From Gammaproteobacteria bacterium (GTDB lineage: Bacteria > Pseudomonadota > Gammaproteobacteria > RBG-16-57-12), in contig JAKIVC010000002.1 of the NCBI GenBank assembly GCA_021647245.1, positions 64,184-128,183 on the forward strand: a DNA stretch of 64,000 bases, read 5' to 3'. Below the pieces are notes generated by a model that saw only the letters and a program-made list of their open reading frames with translations, was not told the DNA's origin and ran no database searches. The first letter of the stretch is position 1; the number at the start of each line of letters is the position of its first letter. This document shows, piece after piece, positions 38,683 to 48,025 of this stretch. Made by a program: the position numbers and the translations under genes.

Positions 38683-39231
38683 GTGTCAAAATTACTCAAA
38701 ATATTTGAGAAGCTCGCGGGCGAGCGGCGGGGCCGAGTGCGTCACGTTGAGATTCTGATCGCAACGGTGGCGGCGTTAACTGCACTTTTGATGGTGGGGT
38801 GGATTAGTCGCTCGGTTGCGGGTGATCAGGCTGGCCTCTATTTAATGGCCTCAATGGGCGCATCAGCGGTATTGATTTTTGCTGTGCCTGCTACTCAAAT
38901 GGCAAGGCCGTGGGCCTTCTGTTGCGGGCACTTTGTCTCTGCCTTTGTGGGTGTGAGTTGTAGTTTGTTGATAGGGGATCTGGTTTTAGCGGCGGCACTC
39001 GCGGTCTCGATCTCTATCTTTTTGATGAGCTACCTGCGTTGCCTGCATCCGCCGGGTGGCGCTGCGGCAATGATTCCTATTGTTAGTGGCGAGTCAGTTA
39101 CTGCAATGGGCTACAGTTTTCTACTTATCCCTGTTGGCATTAATGTATTGGTGATGCTGCTGTTTTCACTGGCTTACTTTCGCTGGATGGCACAGCGGGA
39201 GAAGCGGTTTATGGCGCAGCGATCCAAGTAG
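38683..39231 (+). CDS. HPP family membrane protein
   Basis: 182 aa with four hydrophobic helices and the eponymous motif CLHPPGGAAA. Start is GTG 38683. Confidence 0.75.
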   Translation: MSKLLKIFEKLAGERRGRVRHVEILIATVAALTALLMVGWISRSVAGDQAGLYLMASMGASAVLIFAVPATQMARPWAFCCGHFVSAFVGVSCSLLIGDLVLAAALAVSISIFLMSYLRCLHPPGGAAAMIPIVSGESVTAMGYSFLLIPVGINVLVMLLFSLAYFRWMAQREKRFMAQRSK

Positions 39232-39241
39232 CGGCTCTTAG

Positions 39242-40189
39242 CTACTCCGCCAGTTGCAGTATAAACATCTCGACTACAAGCAAGGTACTTAAGAAGGTGG
39301 AAAATAGACTGATGTAGAGTGTTTTGTATTGGTTGTCATACTCTTTTTCGAGGGTATTGCTGAGTTGTTTCATGAGTGAGTTGAGCTGCTTGAAGCTAAG
39401 GCCGATGGCATCACTGGCAATAGCAAAATAGTGATCAGGTTTGATCATAATTTTTTTTGCGCTCAGGAATTCCCTGTCTAGAGTGCTCAAAAACAGCGCA
39501 ATACTTTTCTGGCATTGGGTGAAATCCAACATGTTTTTATCGATTTTTTGATGCCTTAAAATGGTAATTGTCTCATCACATACCAGTGAGGCCTTTTGAT
39601 GAAGATAGCCCAACTTACTCCGGCTTTGTGTATTTAGACGGGCTTGAGTTGCGGCTCCAGTGCCAATTCCCCTTGCCTGACCCAGCACTTCGGTAACAAA
39701 GGGGAGTATGTTGATACCGATCTCCAGCAGTCCATGCAGCTGCTTGTCATCACTGTTGTCCAGCTTGCTCAGGCTGCCGGTATCACTAATTAGATTAAGT
39801 AGTTTTGAGATAATGGCGGTGTGCAGGGAGAAGCTCTCCTCAGCACTGAGTGATGAGAAGTTTTCAGTTACTTTATGCCAGCCCTTCTTAACCTCAAGAT
39901 AACCGGGTGAGCTTGAAAATTCAGGGTAATCGTTACTTATTTTCTGTAGCTGCCGGCCTATTTTTTTTTGGTGCGCATAGCACTTCTCCTTGAAAGCTGA
40001 GTTGCCTTTCAGTAGCGCATTGCTCATGCCGCGATGCTGGGGAATGCTCTCTAGTAACTGGAAAAGCTGGCGGATAACCAATAATCCTGCCTGCCGCCGA
40101 GCTGAAAAACGCCGTTGAACCACCACAGAGCGTAACCACGCCACTGAGATAAAAAATAAAATGAGAGAGACCAGAGTAAGCGTCAGCAT
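39242..40189 (-). CDS. stand-alone membrane-bracketed NIT (nitrate/nitrite-sensing) domain protein
   Basis: 315 aa. It has an N-terminal TM helix ([16 protein letters not shown]), a ~250 aa helical domain opening with ..[21 protein letters not shown] (NIT-type Q-x-x-R-G-x-S motif), and a second TM helix at the extreme C-terminus ([21 protein letters not shown]). There is no output domain. Confidence 0.65.
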   Translation of the reverse strand: MLTLTLVSLILFFISVAWLRSVVVQRRFSARRQAGLLVIRQLFQLLESIPQHRGMSNALLKGNSAFKEKCYAHQKKIGRQLQKISNDYPEFSSSPGYLEVKKGWHKVTENFSSLSAEESFSLHTAIISKLLNLISDTGSLSKLDNSDDKQLHGLLEIGINILPFVTEVLGQARGIGTGAATQARLNTQSRSKLGYLHQKASLVCDETITILRHQKIDKNMLDFTQCQKSIALFLSTLDREFLSAKKIMIKPDHYFAIASDAIGLSFKQLNSLMKQLSNTLEKEYDNQYKTLYISLFSTFLSTLLVVEMFILQLAE

Positions 40190-41340
40190 GGTGACTTCTC
40201 TTGTGAACGGGATAACTTGACCAGATAGCCGGCTGTTTCGGATGCCTCTTGGATCACTTCGGTGGTCTGTTGAGCCATCTGATTTATTTTTTCGATATTG
40301 ATGGAGATTTCGCTACTGCTGCTATTCTGCTGGTGAATTGCCAGGCTGATATTTTCCATTGCCGCAACGGTGGATTTCGCCCCTTGTTTAATTGACTGAA
40401 GGGCGTTGTGGGTCGAATCAGAGAGCCCAACACTGTTATTGATGGCGTTGATGATCTGCTCCATACCGTTGCTGACATTCTGCACATCTTGTTGAATAGC
40501 GGATATTTGTTGATTAACTTTGGAGGCCGCCTGCTGGGAGCGTTGCGCCAACTGCCTTACTTCATCAGAAACCACAGAGAAGCCACGGCCATGTTCACCT
40601 GCACGAGCTGCTTCGATGGCTGCATTCAGTGCCAGCAGGTTAGTCTGGTTTGCTATATCATTGATGGTGTCGATGATTGAGCTGATCTCTTGCGAGCGTG
40701 ATAGCAGGCCGTTGATCTGTTCGGTTGATTGATTAATTGAATGAGAGGCCGTCTGGATTTCGGTCGCCATGGTTTTAACAATGTCATCACCTTCAGTCGC
40801 ATAGGTGTCCAACATTTTTGAGGTGCTGTCGGCTTCGTCAGCAAGCCCCGAGATGGTATCGATATTACCGCTTAACTGCTCCATCTCATTTAAAATGCTA
40901 GCCACCGAAGTCTGTTGAATGGTCATCATTTCAGTCGAGTGCCCATTCATTTTTGCTAAATCAAGTGCCGCACTGTGTAGCTCTTCGCTGGCGCTTTTAC
41001 TCTTTTCGTCCAAGCGTTCAACCGCAACCCGCTGCTGATGAAATGCGCTGAATATGGGGTTAAACTCATTCTCTTTATAGCAAGCGGTCTCCCCCTTTGT
41101 CAGGCGGCGTATAGTGTGTAGCTGATAGTGGTGATAAGCAAAAATCAGGTAGAGGGTGATGCTCAGCGTTATGATGACAAGGAGTGTCAGGTCAAATTGC
41201 AGTGCGGGTTCAAGCGTCGGGATAAGATAGAGCAGCGCAGAGGCTAAGGGCAGTACGGTAAGTGATACGATAAAAATCAGTTTTTGGCGTAGTGAGAGTC
41301 GTTCAAAAAGAGCGGTGACGGGTTTGAATAATTGATCCAT
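40183..41340 (-). CDS. methyl-accepting chemotaxis protein with minimal membrane hairpin (no periplasmic sensor, no obvious HAMP)
   Basis: 385 aa. Two closely spaced TM helices (residues ~20-70) are followed directly by the MCP signalling domain ([35 protein letters not shown]). Its stop overlaps the start of the NIT gene (ATGCTGA, 7 nt). Confidence 0.9.
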   Translation of the reverse strand: MDQLFKPVTALFERLSLRQKLIFIVSLTVLPLASALLYLIPTLEPALQFDLTLLVIITLSITLYLIFAYHHYQLHTIRRLTKGETACYKENEFNPIFSAFHQQRVAVERLDEKSKSASEELHSAALDLAKMNGHSTEMMTIQQTSVASILNEMEQLSGNIDTISGLADEADSTSKMLDTYATEGDDIVKTMATEIQTASHSINQSTEQINGLLSRSQEISSIIDTINDIANQTNLLALNAAIEAARAGEHGRGFSVVSDEVRQLAQRSQQAASKVNQQISAIQQDVQNVSNGMEQIINAINNSVGLSDSTHNALQSIKQGAKSTVAAMENISLAIHQQNSSSSEISINIEKINQMAQQTTEVIQEASETAGYLVKLSRSQEKSPC

Positions 41341-41455
41341 TCTGCTATTCCTCGTTTTCCTCGTCTATCAGGTAGCCCAGAATAACATTATGATGCGGGT
41401 TTCGAGTTACTCCGTACTACTACCTATAAGGGGTTTGGAACAAGTGAGGGTAATT

Positions 41456-41603
41456 CCCCTAATCCCTAGGTAGCAACACGTATGCAGGCCCTTGATTCCA
41501 CAGCAAAGCAAAAAATCGTCACCGAACCTACGGGTGCTACTCCTATTTTTTATTTCACTGTGAAACCGATATCTTACATATCATTACGTATTTTTATCTG
41601 GAG
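41456..41603 (+). repeat. MITE-like repeat family A, full copy (A3)
   Basis: The left end is cccctaatccctaggtagcaacacgta and the right end is tacgtatttttatctggag, forming imperfect terminal inverted repeats. Two internal CACAG(T/C)..AA / CACTGTGAAA boxes are present. About 140 nt align with the reverse complement of 50553-50707. Confidence 0.75.
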
Positions 41604-41751
41604 TTTATGCTGAGCCTAAACCTACCCAAACTTGTTTAAAATCTCCTTAACGGATAGCGTTCTATGCTTGCAGATCTTTAACATTTTTTTCATGAATGGT
41701 CTTGGGCTGGCCGGCTGGTTTTTGGTGGTTGGCCCCCAAAAATCACTCTGG

Positions 41752-43164
41752 CTACCCCTCTACAAGTTCGCGGGCATACTCTTTTAATGTATCCAGTATG
41801 GCTTTTTCGCTGTCACCGTATTCAGGGGTGGCGCGCAGTTCATTTAGCTCAGCCAGATAGCTGGCTAGATCAAGGCGACTCAGGCGGAATGTTTGCCAGC
41901 GTGCCTGCTCCTCTTCGGTCAAGGTGTCGAGGTAGTTGCGAGCACGCATGCGAAACAGCATTTCGGGCAGGCGGCTATCATCAAAAGGTGGCTCATAGCC
42001 TACCAGCTCTTGCGGGGTCATGGTATGGATCTGTGCCATGCGGGACTTATCGTCCGGGCTAAAAAAACCGCCCCCATAGAGCATCTGGTCGGGGTCGGTT
42101 CGTTTTTCGAACTGGCTCTCCGAGAGCACCTGCTGCACTTTCTTGGCGAGTCCTTTTGCCTCTTGCAGAACGGCCAGGTTTTGGCGGCAGAGGTTAAGGT
42201 CGATGCCATACTTTTTGGCCGCCTTGCCATCGAGGGACATAAATGGGGCAATCACCGGGCATTTGTTTATATGTACCGTTTTTAGTGGGATGCGCTCAAC
42301 CCCCTCGGGTAACTCATCACTGCGAGTAAAGAGGCGCTGGTGGATCTTCTTCGCACTGAGGTTGATTAAATCAGCCGGGTCAACGCTTAGATCGTACACC
42401 ACCACGCCATTTTTGTTGGTGGGGTGCTCGGCAATCGGCACCACTATGGCCATATTTCCTTTCTCTACCGGGTACATGCCCGAAACATGAATTACCGGCT
42501 TCTGCTCACGTAAATCAAGCAGCTTGCTCAATTTGCGCTTGTTACGGTTGTTGTATACGTATTCGAACAGCTTGGGCTGTTTCTCTTTAATGAGCTTGGC
42601 CATGGCGATGGTGGCGTAGACATCAGAGAGCGCATCGTGAGCCGATTCATGTGCGATACCATTTGCTGCGGTAAGGTCTTCTAGTCGGACCGAGGGCCGG
42701 CCCTCTTCGGTGGTGGGCCACTCAATGCCTTCAGGGCGCAATGCGCGGGTCATGCGTACCACATCTAAAAGGTCCCAGCGGCTACAGCCATTTTGCCACT
42801 CCCGTGCGTAGGGGTCCATTAGGTTGCGGTAGAGCGTATAACGGGTAAACTCATCATCAAAGCGCAGGTTGTTATAACCCAGCACGCAGGTATTAGGCTC
42901 GCTAAACTGCTCATTGATCAGGCGGATAAACTCAACCTCAGGCAACCCGGCTTCAAGTGCCATGGGTGGTGTGATACCAGTGATTAAGCAGGAGCTGGGG
43001 CTGGGGAAAAAATCATTGGCAGGCTTACAATAGATCATTAATGGATCGCCAATAATATTGAGATCCTCATCGGTACGCACCCCGCCAAATTGTGCAAGGC
43101 GGTCATTCATTGGGCTGAGGCCAAAGGATTCGTAGTCGTACCAATAGAATGTTTTTTTGCTCAT
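41752..43164 (-). CDS. sbcB: exodeoxyribonuclease I
   Basis: From ATG 43164: MSKKTFYWYDYESFG (DEDDh exonuclease motif I), then HDALSDV, then an SH3-like/helical C-terminal part. The 54-codon N-terminal extension in the ORF track overlaps the neighbouring gene and is rejected. Confidence 0.9.
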   Translation of the reverse strand: MSKKTFYWYDYESFGLSPMNDRLAQFGGVRTDEDLNIIGDPLMIYCKPANDFFPSPSSCLITGITPPMALEAGLPEVEFIRLINEQFSEPNTCVLGYNNLRFDDEFTRYTLYRNLMDPYAREWQNGCSRWDLLDVVRMTRALRPEGIEWPTTEEGRPSVRLEDLTAANGIAHESAHDALSDVYATIAMAKLIKEKQPKLFEYVYNNRNKRKLSKLLDLREQKPVIHVSGMYPVEKGNMAIVVPIAEHPTNKNGVVVYDLSVDPADLINLSAKKIHQRLFTRSDELPEGVERIPLKTVHINKCPVIAPFMSLDGKAAKKYGIDLNLCRQNLAVLQEAKGLAKKVQQVLSESQFEKRTDPDQMLYGGGFFSPDDKSRMAQIHTMTPQELVGYEPPFDDSRLPEMLFRMRARNYLDTLTEEEQARWQTFRLSRLDLASYLAELNELRATPEYGDSEKAILDTLKEYARELVEG

Positions 43165-43204
43165 GATCGTCTGCTCTTTAGAATAATTATAACGTGCTGC
43201 AAGG

Positions 43205-43684
43205 TTATCTAGACTCTCTGTTTCTGAAGCCAAGGCGCTGGCTGCTGGGGTCGGCTGGGCGGATCGCGACTTCACAGCTAATCTGACAGCAATGGGTGCC
43301 ATCTGTTCGATAAAAGCCGTAACCAAAGTGTGGGGTATGACTGCCCTTTTCGGCCAGTGCGGCTGCTATCTGTTGCCGTAGCGGTTCGGGAAAATCGAAT
43401 TGTAAAACTAGATCCTCACTGCCTGGGCGTAAAAAATCCAGCTGCAAACGCTTTGTCCACACCGTGTAATCTGGGAAGCCGTTGGCACAAGCCAGTGCCG
43501 CAATCGGATCCGCCAGGGAGGCCATGGCACCGCCAAACAGGGTGCCACCGGGATTAAGGTTTTGTGGCTCCCGCGGCAGCAAAATACGTACCCGCTGCCA
43601 CTGTTCGCTCAGTTCCAACACTTTTATATTCATCGATTTAAACGGTGGATAGCTTTCCAGGCGTTGTGCGGCGTGTTGTGACAC
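43205..43684 (-). CDS. hotdog-fold thioesterase (PaaI-like)
   Basis: 159 aa with the NPGGTLFGGAMASLADPI pattern of PaaI-type thioesterases. Confidence 0.65.
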   Translation of the reverse strand: MSQHAAQRLESYPPFKSMNIKVLELSEQWQRVRILLPREPQNLNPGGTLFGGAMASLADPIAALACANGFPDYTVWTKRLQLDFLRPGSEDLVLQFDFPEPLRQQIAAALAEKGSHTPHFGYGFYRTDGTHCCQISCEVAIRPADPSSQRLGFRNRESR

Positions 43685-43750
43685 GATGAGTTCCCGATGA
43701 CTGATGGATCAGGTTATGATAGCAGCTCCTGATAAGTCATGTAATCTACG

Positions 43751-44512
43751 ATGTCTCACACTACTGTTGCTATTATCGCTACTCATCCAGCACGTCAGCC
43801 AGAGGCGGATATGCTTGCCCATCATTTGGCGCTGCCTTGTGGCGAGTCGCCACAATTTAATTTGGAGTTTACGGGTGACCGGTTGCAGCTGTGCCTTAAT
43901 GCGGTGGCGGCTCCCGGCCCCATCTATGTCGACTTTGTGGGGGGTAAAGCGGCTCATCGCCGCCACTTTGGTGGTGGACGTAACCAGCCCATGGTGAGGG
44001 CTGTGGGGTTAAAGCCGGGTATAAACCCACACATTTTCGATGCGACGGCGGGGCTGGGGCGGGATAGCTTTGTCTTCGCCAGTCTGGGTTGCCAAGTGAC
44101 GATGGTAGAGCAAAATCCGCTCATCGCCGCACTGCTTGAAGATGGTTTACAGCGAGGTCAGGGCACCCTGCCCGAAATCTGCCAGCGGATGACGCTGGTT
44201 AATATGGATAGCGTAGAGTACCTACAGCACTGCAGTGAAACCCCTGATGTGATCTATCTTGACCCGATGTACCCGCATCGGGATAAATCGGCTTTGGTAA
44301 AAAAAGAGATGCGCCTGTTTCAGCTGCTGCTCGGGGAGCCAGTAGATAGTCGTGATCTAATGGTGGCAGCGCTAAATTGTGCCAGAAAACGCGTGGTGGT
44401 AAAGCGCCCCAAGGGGGCCGAACGGATATCAAAGCATTTACCGACCATGAGCATTAACAGTAAAAATACCCGCTATGATGTTTATGTTATTGCGGCAATG
44501 CACACAAAATAG
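43751..44512 (+). CDS. rsmJ: 16S rRNA (guanine1516-N2)-methyltransferase
   Basis: 253 aa. FDATAGLGRDSFVFASLGCQVTMVEQNPLIAALLEDGLQRG closely parallels E. coli RsmJ. Confidence 0.85.
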   Translation: MSHTTVAIIATHPARQPEADMLAHHLALPCGESPQFNLEFTGDRLQLCLNAVAAPGPIYVDFVGGKAAHRRHFGGGRNQPMVRAVGLKPGINPHIFDATAGLGRDSFVFASLGCQVTMVEQNPLIAALLEDGLQRGQGTLPEICQRMTLVNMDSVEYLQHCSETPDVIYLDPMYPHRDKSALVKKEMRLFQLLLGEPVDSRDLMVAALNCARKRVVVKRPKGAERISKHLPTMSINSKNTRYDVYVIAAMHTK

Positions 44513-44687
44513 TGAGCGCATTCGCATAGTGCTGGACATTCGTTAAAACCCAGTGCTATGCTGAGGTTTGGCCGTTGGTGAGTTAACGGTCAACTGTATG
44601 TCCTCATTATATGCGCTGGATGCTTTTGGTGTACGGTGAAATTTAGAGTTCAAAATTAGCGTAATCAACGAAGAGAAGGATAATCCC

Positions 44688-45167
44688 ATGAAAAAGACAA
44701 TTCTGGCGGGCGTAATGGCCTTGGCAATGGCTCCAATGGCATCTCAAGCTGAAACAGGTGCAGGTTGTGGTCTGGGTTCAATGTTATTGGAAGGTCAGCA
44801 GGGGCTGGTTTTTAATGTACTGGCAGCAACTGTCAACGGTACATCGGGCAATCAAACCTTCGGTATGACTTCTGGCACCTTGGGTTGTGATGGCGAAGGT
44901 ACGGTCACTTTCGCAGCGGCGGGTGAATATCTGGATGCCAATATGGAGCAGGTTGCTCGCGGTATGGCAACGGGTGAAGGTGAAGCGATGGATACGTTGG
45001 CAAGTCTGATGGGTGTTTCAGCAGCAGATAAAGCTGCTTTTGTTCAAGTTTCTAAAGCTAATTTCTCAGTTATTTTTAGCAAAGAGAATGTAACCAGTGC
45101 TGATGTGATGTCATCACTGACTCAAGCTATGGCAGCTGATCAGTCGCTATCAAAGTATATCTCTTAA
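44688..45167 (+). CDS. secreted DUF3015 family protein
   Basis: 159 aa with a signal peptide and the motifs GCGLGSML and TSGTLGCDG, which I associate with DUF3015. Confidence 0.7.
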   Translation: MKKTILAGVMALAMAPMASQAETGAGCGLGSMLLEGQQGLVFNVLAATVNGTSGNQTFGMTSGTLGCDGEGTVTFAAAGEYLDANMEQVARGMATGEGEAMDTLASLMGVSAADKAAFVQVSKANFSVIFSKENVTSADVMSSLTQAMAADQSLSKYIS

Positions 45168-45260
45168 TTGAGAGCTTGCTTTGAGTGGTCGCCTTTCGGC
45201 GGCCGCTCTTCCCCTCGTTTTTTCTTTATTCCAACACCCCCTATCCAAAAAGTGTCCAAT

Positions 45261-47159
45261 GTGACAAGACTCCTGTTTACCTTGTTAATAGCGCTGTTTT
45301 CTCTCAATAGCAATGCCACAGAAAATAGCTACCTGAACCAATTAATTGCAGCGAGCCACGAGCAGCAATTGGCGCAGAATGCTGGCTGGTGGTCACTACT
45401 CCACTACCGAAAAGAAGTGCTGGGAGGCTATCCGCTAAGTGAGGCTGATGATGAGCGTTTTTTCTTCTCTGCGGAGGGTAGCCGCGATGCCGAACTTGAG
45501 TTGGCAGCGACGCTAAGTGCCTTTTTTACGCCACTGATAGGCGATTTGAGTGAACACCCTCAGTGCCGCTTTCCGGCACGTTATTATTGGCTGTCACAAC
45601 AGCTGGATATCGCTACAGAGCGGTTGCCACAGCCCCCTTGTGATGAGTTTAACCAGTGGATGGAGACCATTAATCCTGGCAGTGCCACACTGGTCTTTCC
45701 GGCCGCCTACCTCAATAGCCCCTCCTCGATGTTCGGTCATACATTGCTACGGATTGACCCCGCTGATAAGCGCAGTGAGACGCCGCTGATCTCTTATGCC
45801 CTCAATTATGCGGCCGCAATCACTGGAGAGGAAAATGGGTTTGTTTTTGCTTATAAAGGCATCTTTGGTGGCTACCCCGGTAGCTTTGCGCTGGTGCCCT
45901 ATTATGAAAAGATAAAAGAGTACAGCGATATGGAGAATCGCAATATTTGGGAGTACCAGCTTAATTTAAGTGGTGATGAGGTACGCCAGCTGATGCGCCA
46001 TACATGGGAAGTAAGTAAGATTCGCTTTGACTACTATTTTTTCGATGAAAACTGCTCCTATCGTCTGCTTACATTGCTGGATGTCGCTCGCCCGGGACTT
46101 GGTTTGGCTGAGCCGTTCTCCGCCACGGCGATCCCCGCAGATACGGTACGTGCGGTTGAGCAAAAAAATCTATTCAGTGGTATTAATTACCGCCCCTCAA
46201 CGACTACCACGCTCAACCATCGCTTGAATCTGTTGGATGAGTCGCAGCAGCGGCAACTGCTCATGTTAATTACCGATGACACGGCACACCAACAGAGTGA
46301 ATTTTTATCTTTAAATGAATCATTGCGGGCCAAGCTTTTGGAGTTAGCTTATGATCTGCAACTTTATCGCATCCGCGCAAGCGGCTTACAGCGTGATCCA
46401 CGGGCATCTCATGCTTATCAGCTGTTATCACAACGCAGCAAGCTGGCATCATCAGCAGAGTGGCCGGAAGTGCCGATTCCCGGGGTACGCGCAGAGCAGG
46501 GGCACCTCAGCTCGCGCATCGCACTCTCTCTGGGTAGCCGTGAAAAGCAGTTGTTTACAGCACTGCGCTACCGCCCCGCTTATCACGATATTCTTGACCC
46601 GGCACAGGGCTATGGTGTGGGCATGCAGATCAACTTTTCCGATCTTAATCTACGTTACTATCCAGAAGAGCAGCGCGTAGAAATTGAAGAGTGGAAAATC
46701 ATCAATATACTGTCGCTCTCACCCCGCAATGATTTTTTTCAGCCTATCTCCTGGGGTATCGATTTGGGTTTTCAGCGGCAGCGGTTTAATGGGCAGAGCG
46801 TTTTACCACTACAGGTGACGGGAGAGGCGGGTGTCAGTTACCGGCTGGGCAAGCAGTGGCTTGCCAGCACCCTGGCTCAACTACAGTTTGCTGCGCACCA
46901 CGATTTTGACGAAAAAATTAAAGCGGGAGTGGGGCCGAACTTGAAACTGCTCTATCATTCAAATCAGGTGCACAGCCTGCTTTTAGTACAAATGATGCAC
47001 TTCCCTCAAGGGGATGAATATCAAACATGGCAGCTGAACTGGCAGTTAAACCTCCCCTTGCCAAGCGAGCAACAGGGGCTACGTTTCAGTGCTAAACGTG
47101 AGTGGCAGGAGGGTAATGCCTTTAATGAGTTTGAGATTGCCTGGCAGTGGTATTTTTAA
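45261..47159 (+). CDS. DUF4105 (Lnb N-terminal-like) domain protein with C-terminal beta-barrel-like half
   Basis: The hallmark SMFGHTLLRIDP is present. The C-terminal ~200 aa show alternating strand patterns ending in ..FEIAWQWYF (OMP-type terminal Phe). I prefer GTG 45261, just before the signal peptide, to the ORF-track TTG 45168. Confidence 0.75.
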   Translation: MTRLLFTLLIALFSLNSNATENSYLNQLIAASHEQQLAQNAGWWSLLHYRKEVLGGYPLSEADDERFFFSAEGSRDAELELAATLSAFFTPLIGDLSEHPQCRFPARYYWLSQQLDIATERLPQPPCDEFNQWMETINPGSATLVFPAAYLNSPSSMFGHTLLRIDPADKRSETPLISYALNYAAAITGEENGFVFAYKGIFGGYPGSFALVPYYEKIKEYSDMENRNIWEYQLNLSGDEVRQLMRHTWEVSKIRFDYYFFDENCSYRLLTLLDVARPGLGLAEPFSATAIPADTVRAVEQKNLFSGINYRPSTTTTLNHRLNLLDESQQRQLLMLITDDTAHQQSEFLSLNESLRAKLLELAYDLQLYRIRASGLQRDPRASHAYQLLSQRSKLASSAEWPEVPIPGVRAEQGHLSSRIALSLGSREKQLFTALRYRPAYHDILDPAQGYGVGMQINFSDLNLRYYPEEQRVEIEEWKIINILSLSPRNDFFQPISWGIDLGFQRQRFNGQSVLPLQVTGEAGVSYRLGKQWLASTLAQLQFAAHHDFDEKIKAGVGPNLKLLYHSNQVHSLLLVQMMHFPQGDEYQTWQLNWQLNLPLPSEQQGLRFSAKREWQEGNAFNEFEIAWQWYF

Positions 47160-48004
47160 TGCTACGCCGGCTTACACTAATAATAATTTTGCTGCTTACC
47201 CTTAGCGGCTGCACACAGCTTTTTTTCCAGCCCTCACAGGGGTACCTCATAACACCAGATCAGCTTGGTCTCAGTTATCAAGAGATCATATTCAATAGCC
47301 CTGATGGTCTTGAACTTCACGGCTGGTGGCTTCCGTCGGTAGGCGAGGCGCATGCCACGGTGCTTTTTTTGCACGGCAATGCTCAAAATATCAGCAACCA
47401 CCTTGGTAGCGTCTATTGGCTGCCTAAAGAGGGGGTCAATCTATTTATTGTGGACTATCGTGGCTATGGACAGTCGGAAGGCGTGCCTTCCCTGCCTGGG
47501 GCGATGCTGGATATCGAAGCCGCACTACAACAGGCACTCACCTTGACGGATAATACCCCGCTGGTTGTGGTCAGCCATAGTCTGGGTGCCAGTATGGCAA
47601 TTCATGCCTTGGCTGAAAGCCCAAATAAAAGCAGCCTCTCTGGTGCGATTTTCGCAGCCCCTTTTAGTGATTATCGTCAGGTGGTGCGGGAGGTTGTGGC
47701 AAAGGTGTGGTTTCTGTGGCCGTTTCAGTATCCACTCTCCTGGAGTATCAATAATGACTTTGCGCCTATTGAGAGTGTTGCTAGGCTCGCACCACTTCCT
47801 CTGCTCTTTTTACATAGCTCTGCTGATACGATTATCATACCCCGGCACAGCGAACAGTTATTTGCGGTGGCGAGAGAGCCGAAACAGCTGCAGCTGCTGA
47901 AGGGGGGGCACAATGAGCTGTTTACCCCGCAAGAGAATCGGCAACTCATACTCGACACCATCTATCGCTGGAGTAATAGAATCCTAATCACCACAAACCA
48001 TTAG
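47159..48004 (+). CDS. alpha/beta hydrolase lipoprotein
   Basis: Lipobox LTLSGC, the nucleophile elbow VVSHSLGASMA and HGNAQN. ATG 47159 overlaps the upstream stop (TAATG). Confidence 0.8.
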   Translation: MLRRLTLIIILLLTLSGCTQLFFQPSQGYLITPDQLGLSYQEIIFNSPDGLELHGWWLPSVGEAHATVLFLHGNAQNISNHLGSVYWLPKEGVNLFIVDYRGYGQSEGVPSLPGAMLDIEAALQQALTLTDNTPLVVVSHSLGASMAIHALAESPNKSSLSGAIFAAPFSDYRQVVREVVAKVWFLWPFQYPLSWSINNDFAPIESVARLAPLPLLFLHSSADTIIIPRHSEQLFAVAREPKQLQLLKGGHNELFTPQENRQLILDTIYRWSNRILITTNH

Positions 48005-48025
48005 TTCTATGCTTCAATACCGCTT

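Noticed and set aside
43165-43326. N-terminal extensions proposed by the ORF track for sbcB, and likewise pilU (to 15072), rpoZ (to 56154), typA (to 61227), speD (from 28772), ridA (to 53668), yggT (from 17836) and the small secreted protein (from 50731)
   Set aside because: In each case the conserved protein N-terminus begins at an internal start with a better RBS. The extension overlaps a neighbouring gene or has no homologous counterpart.
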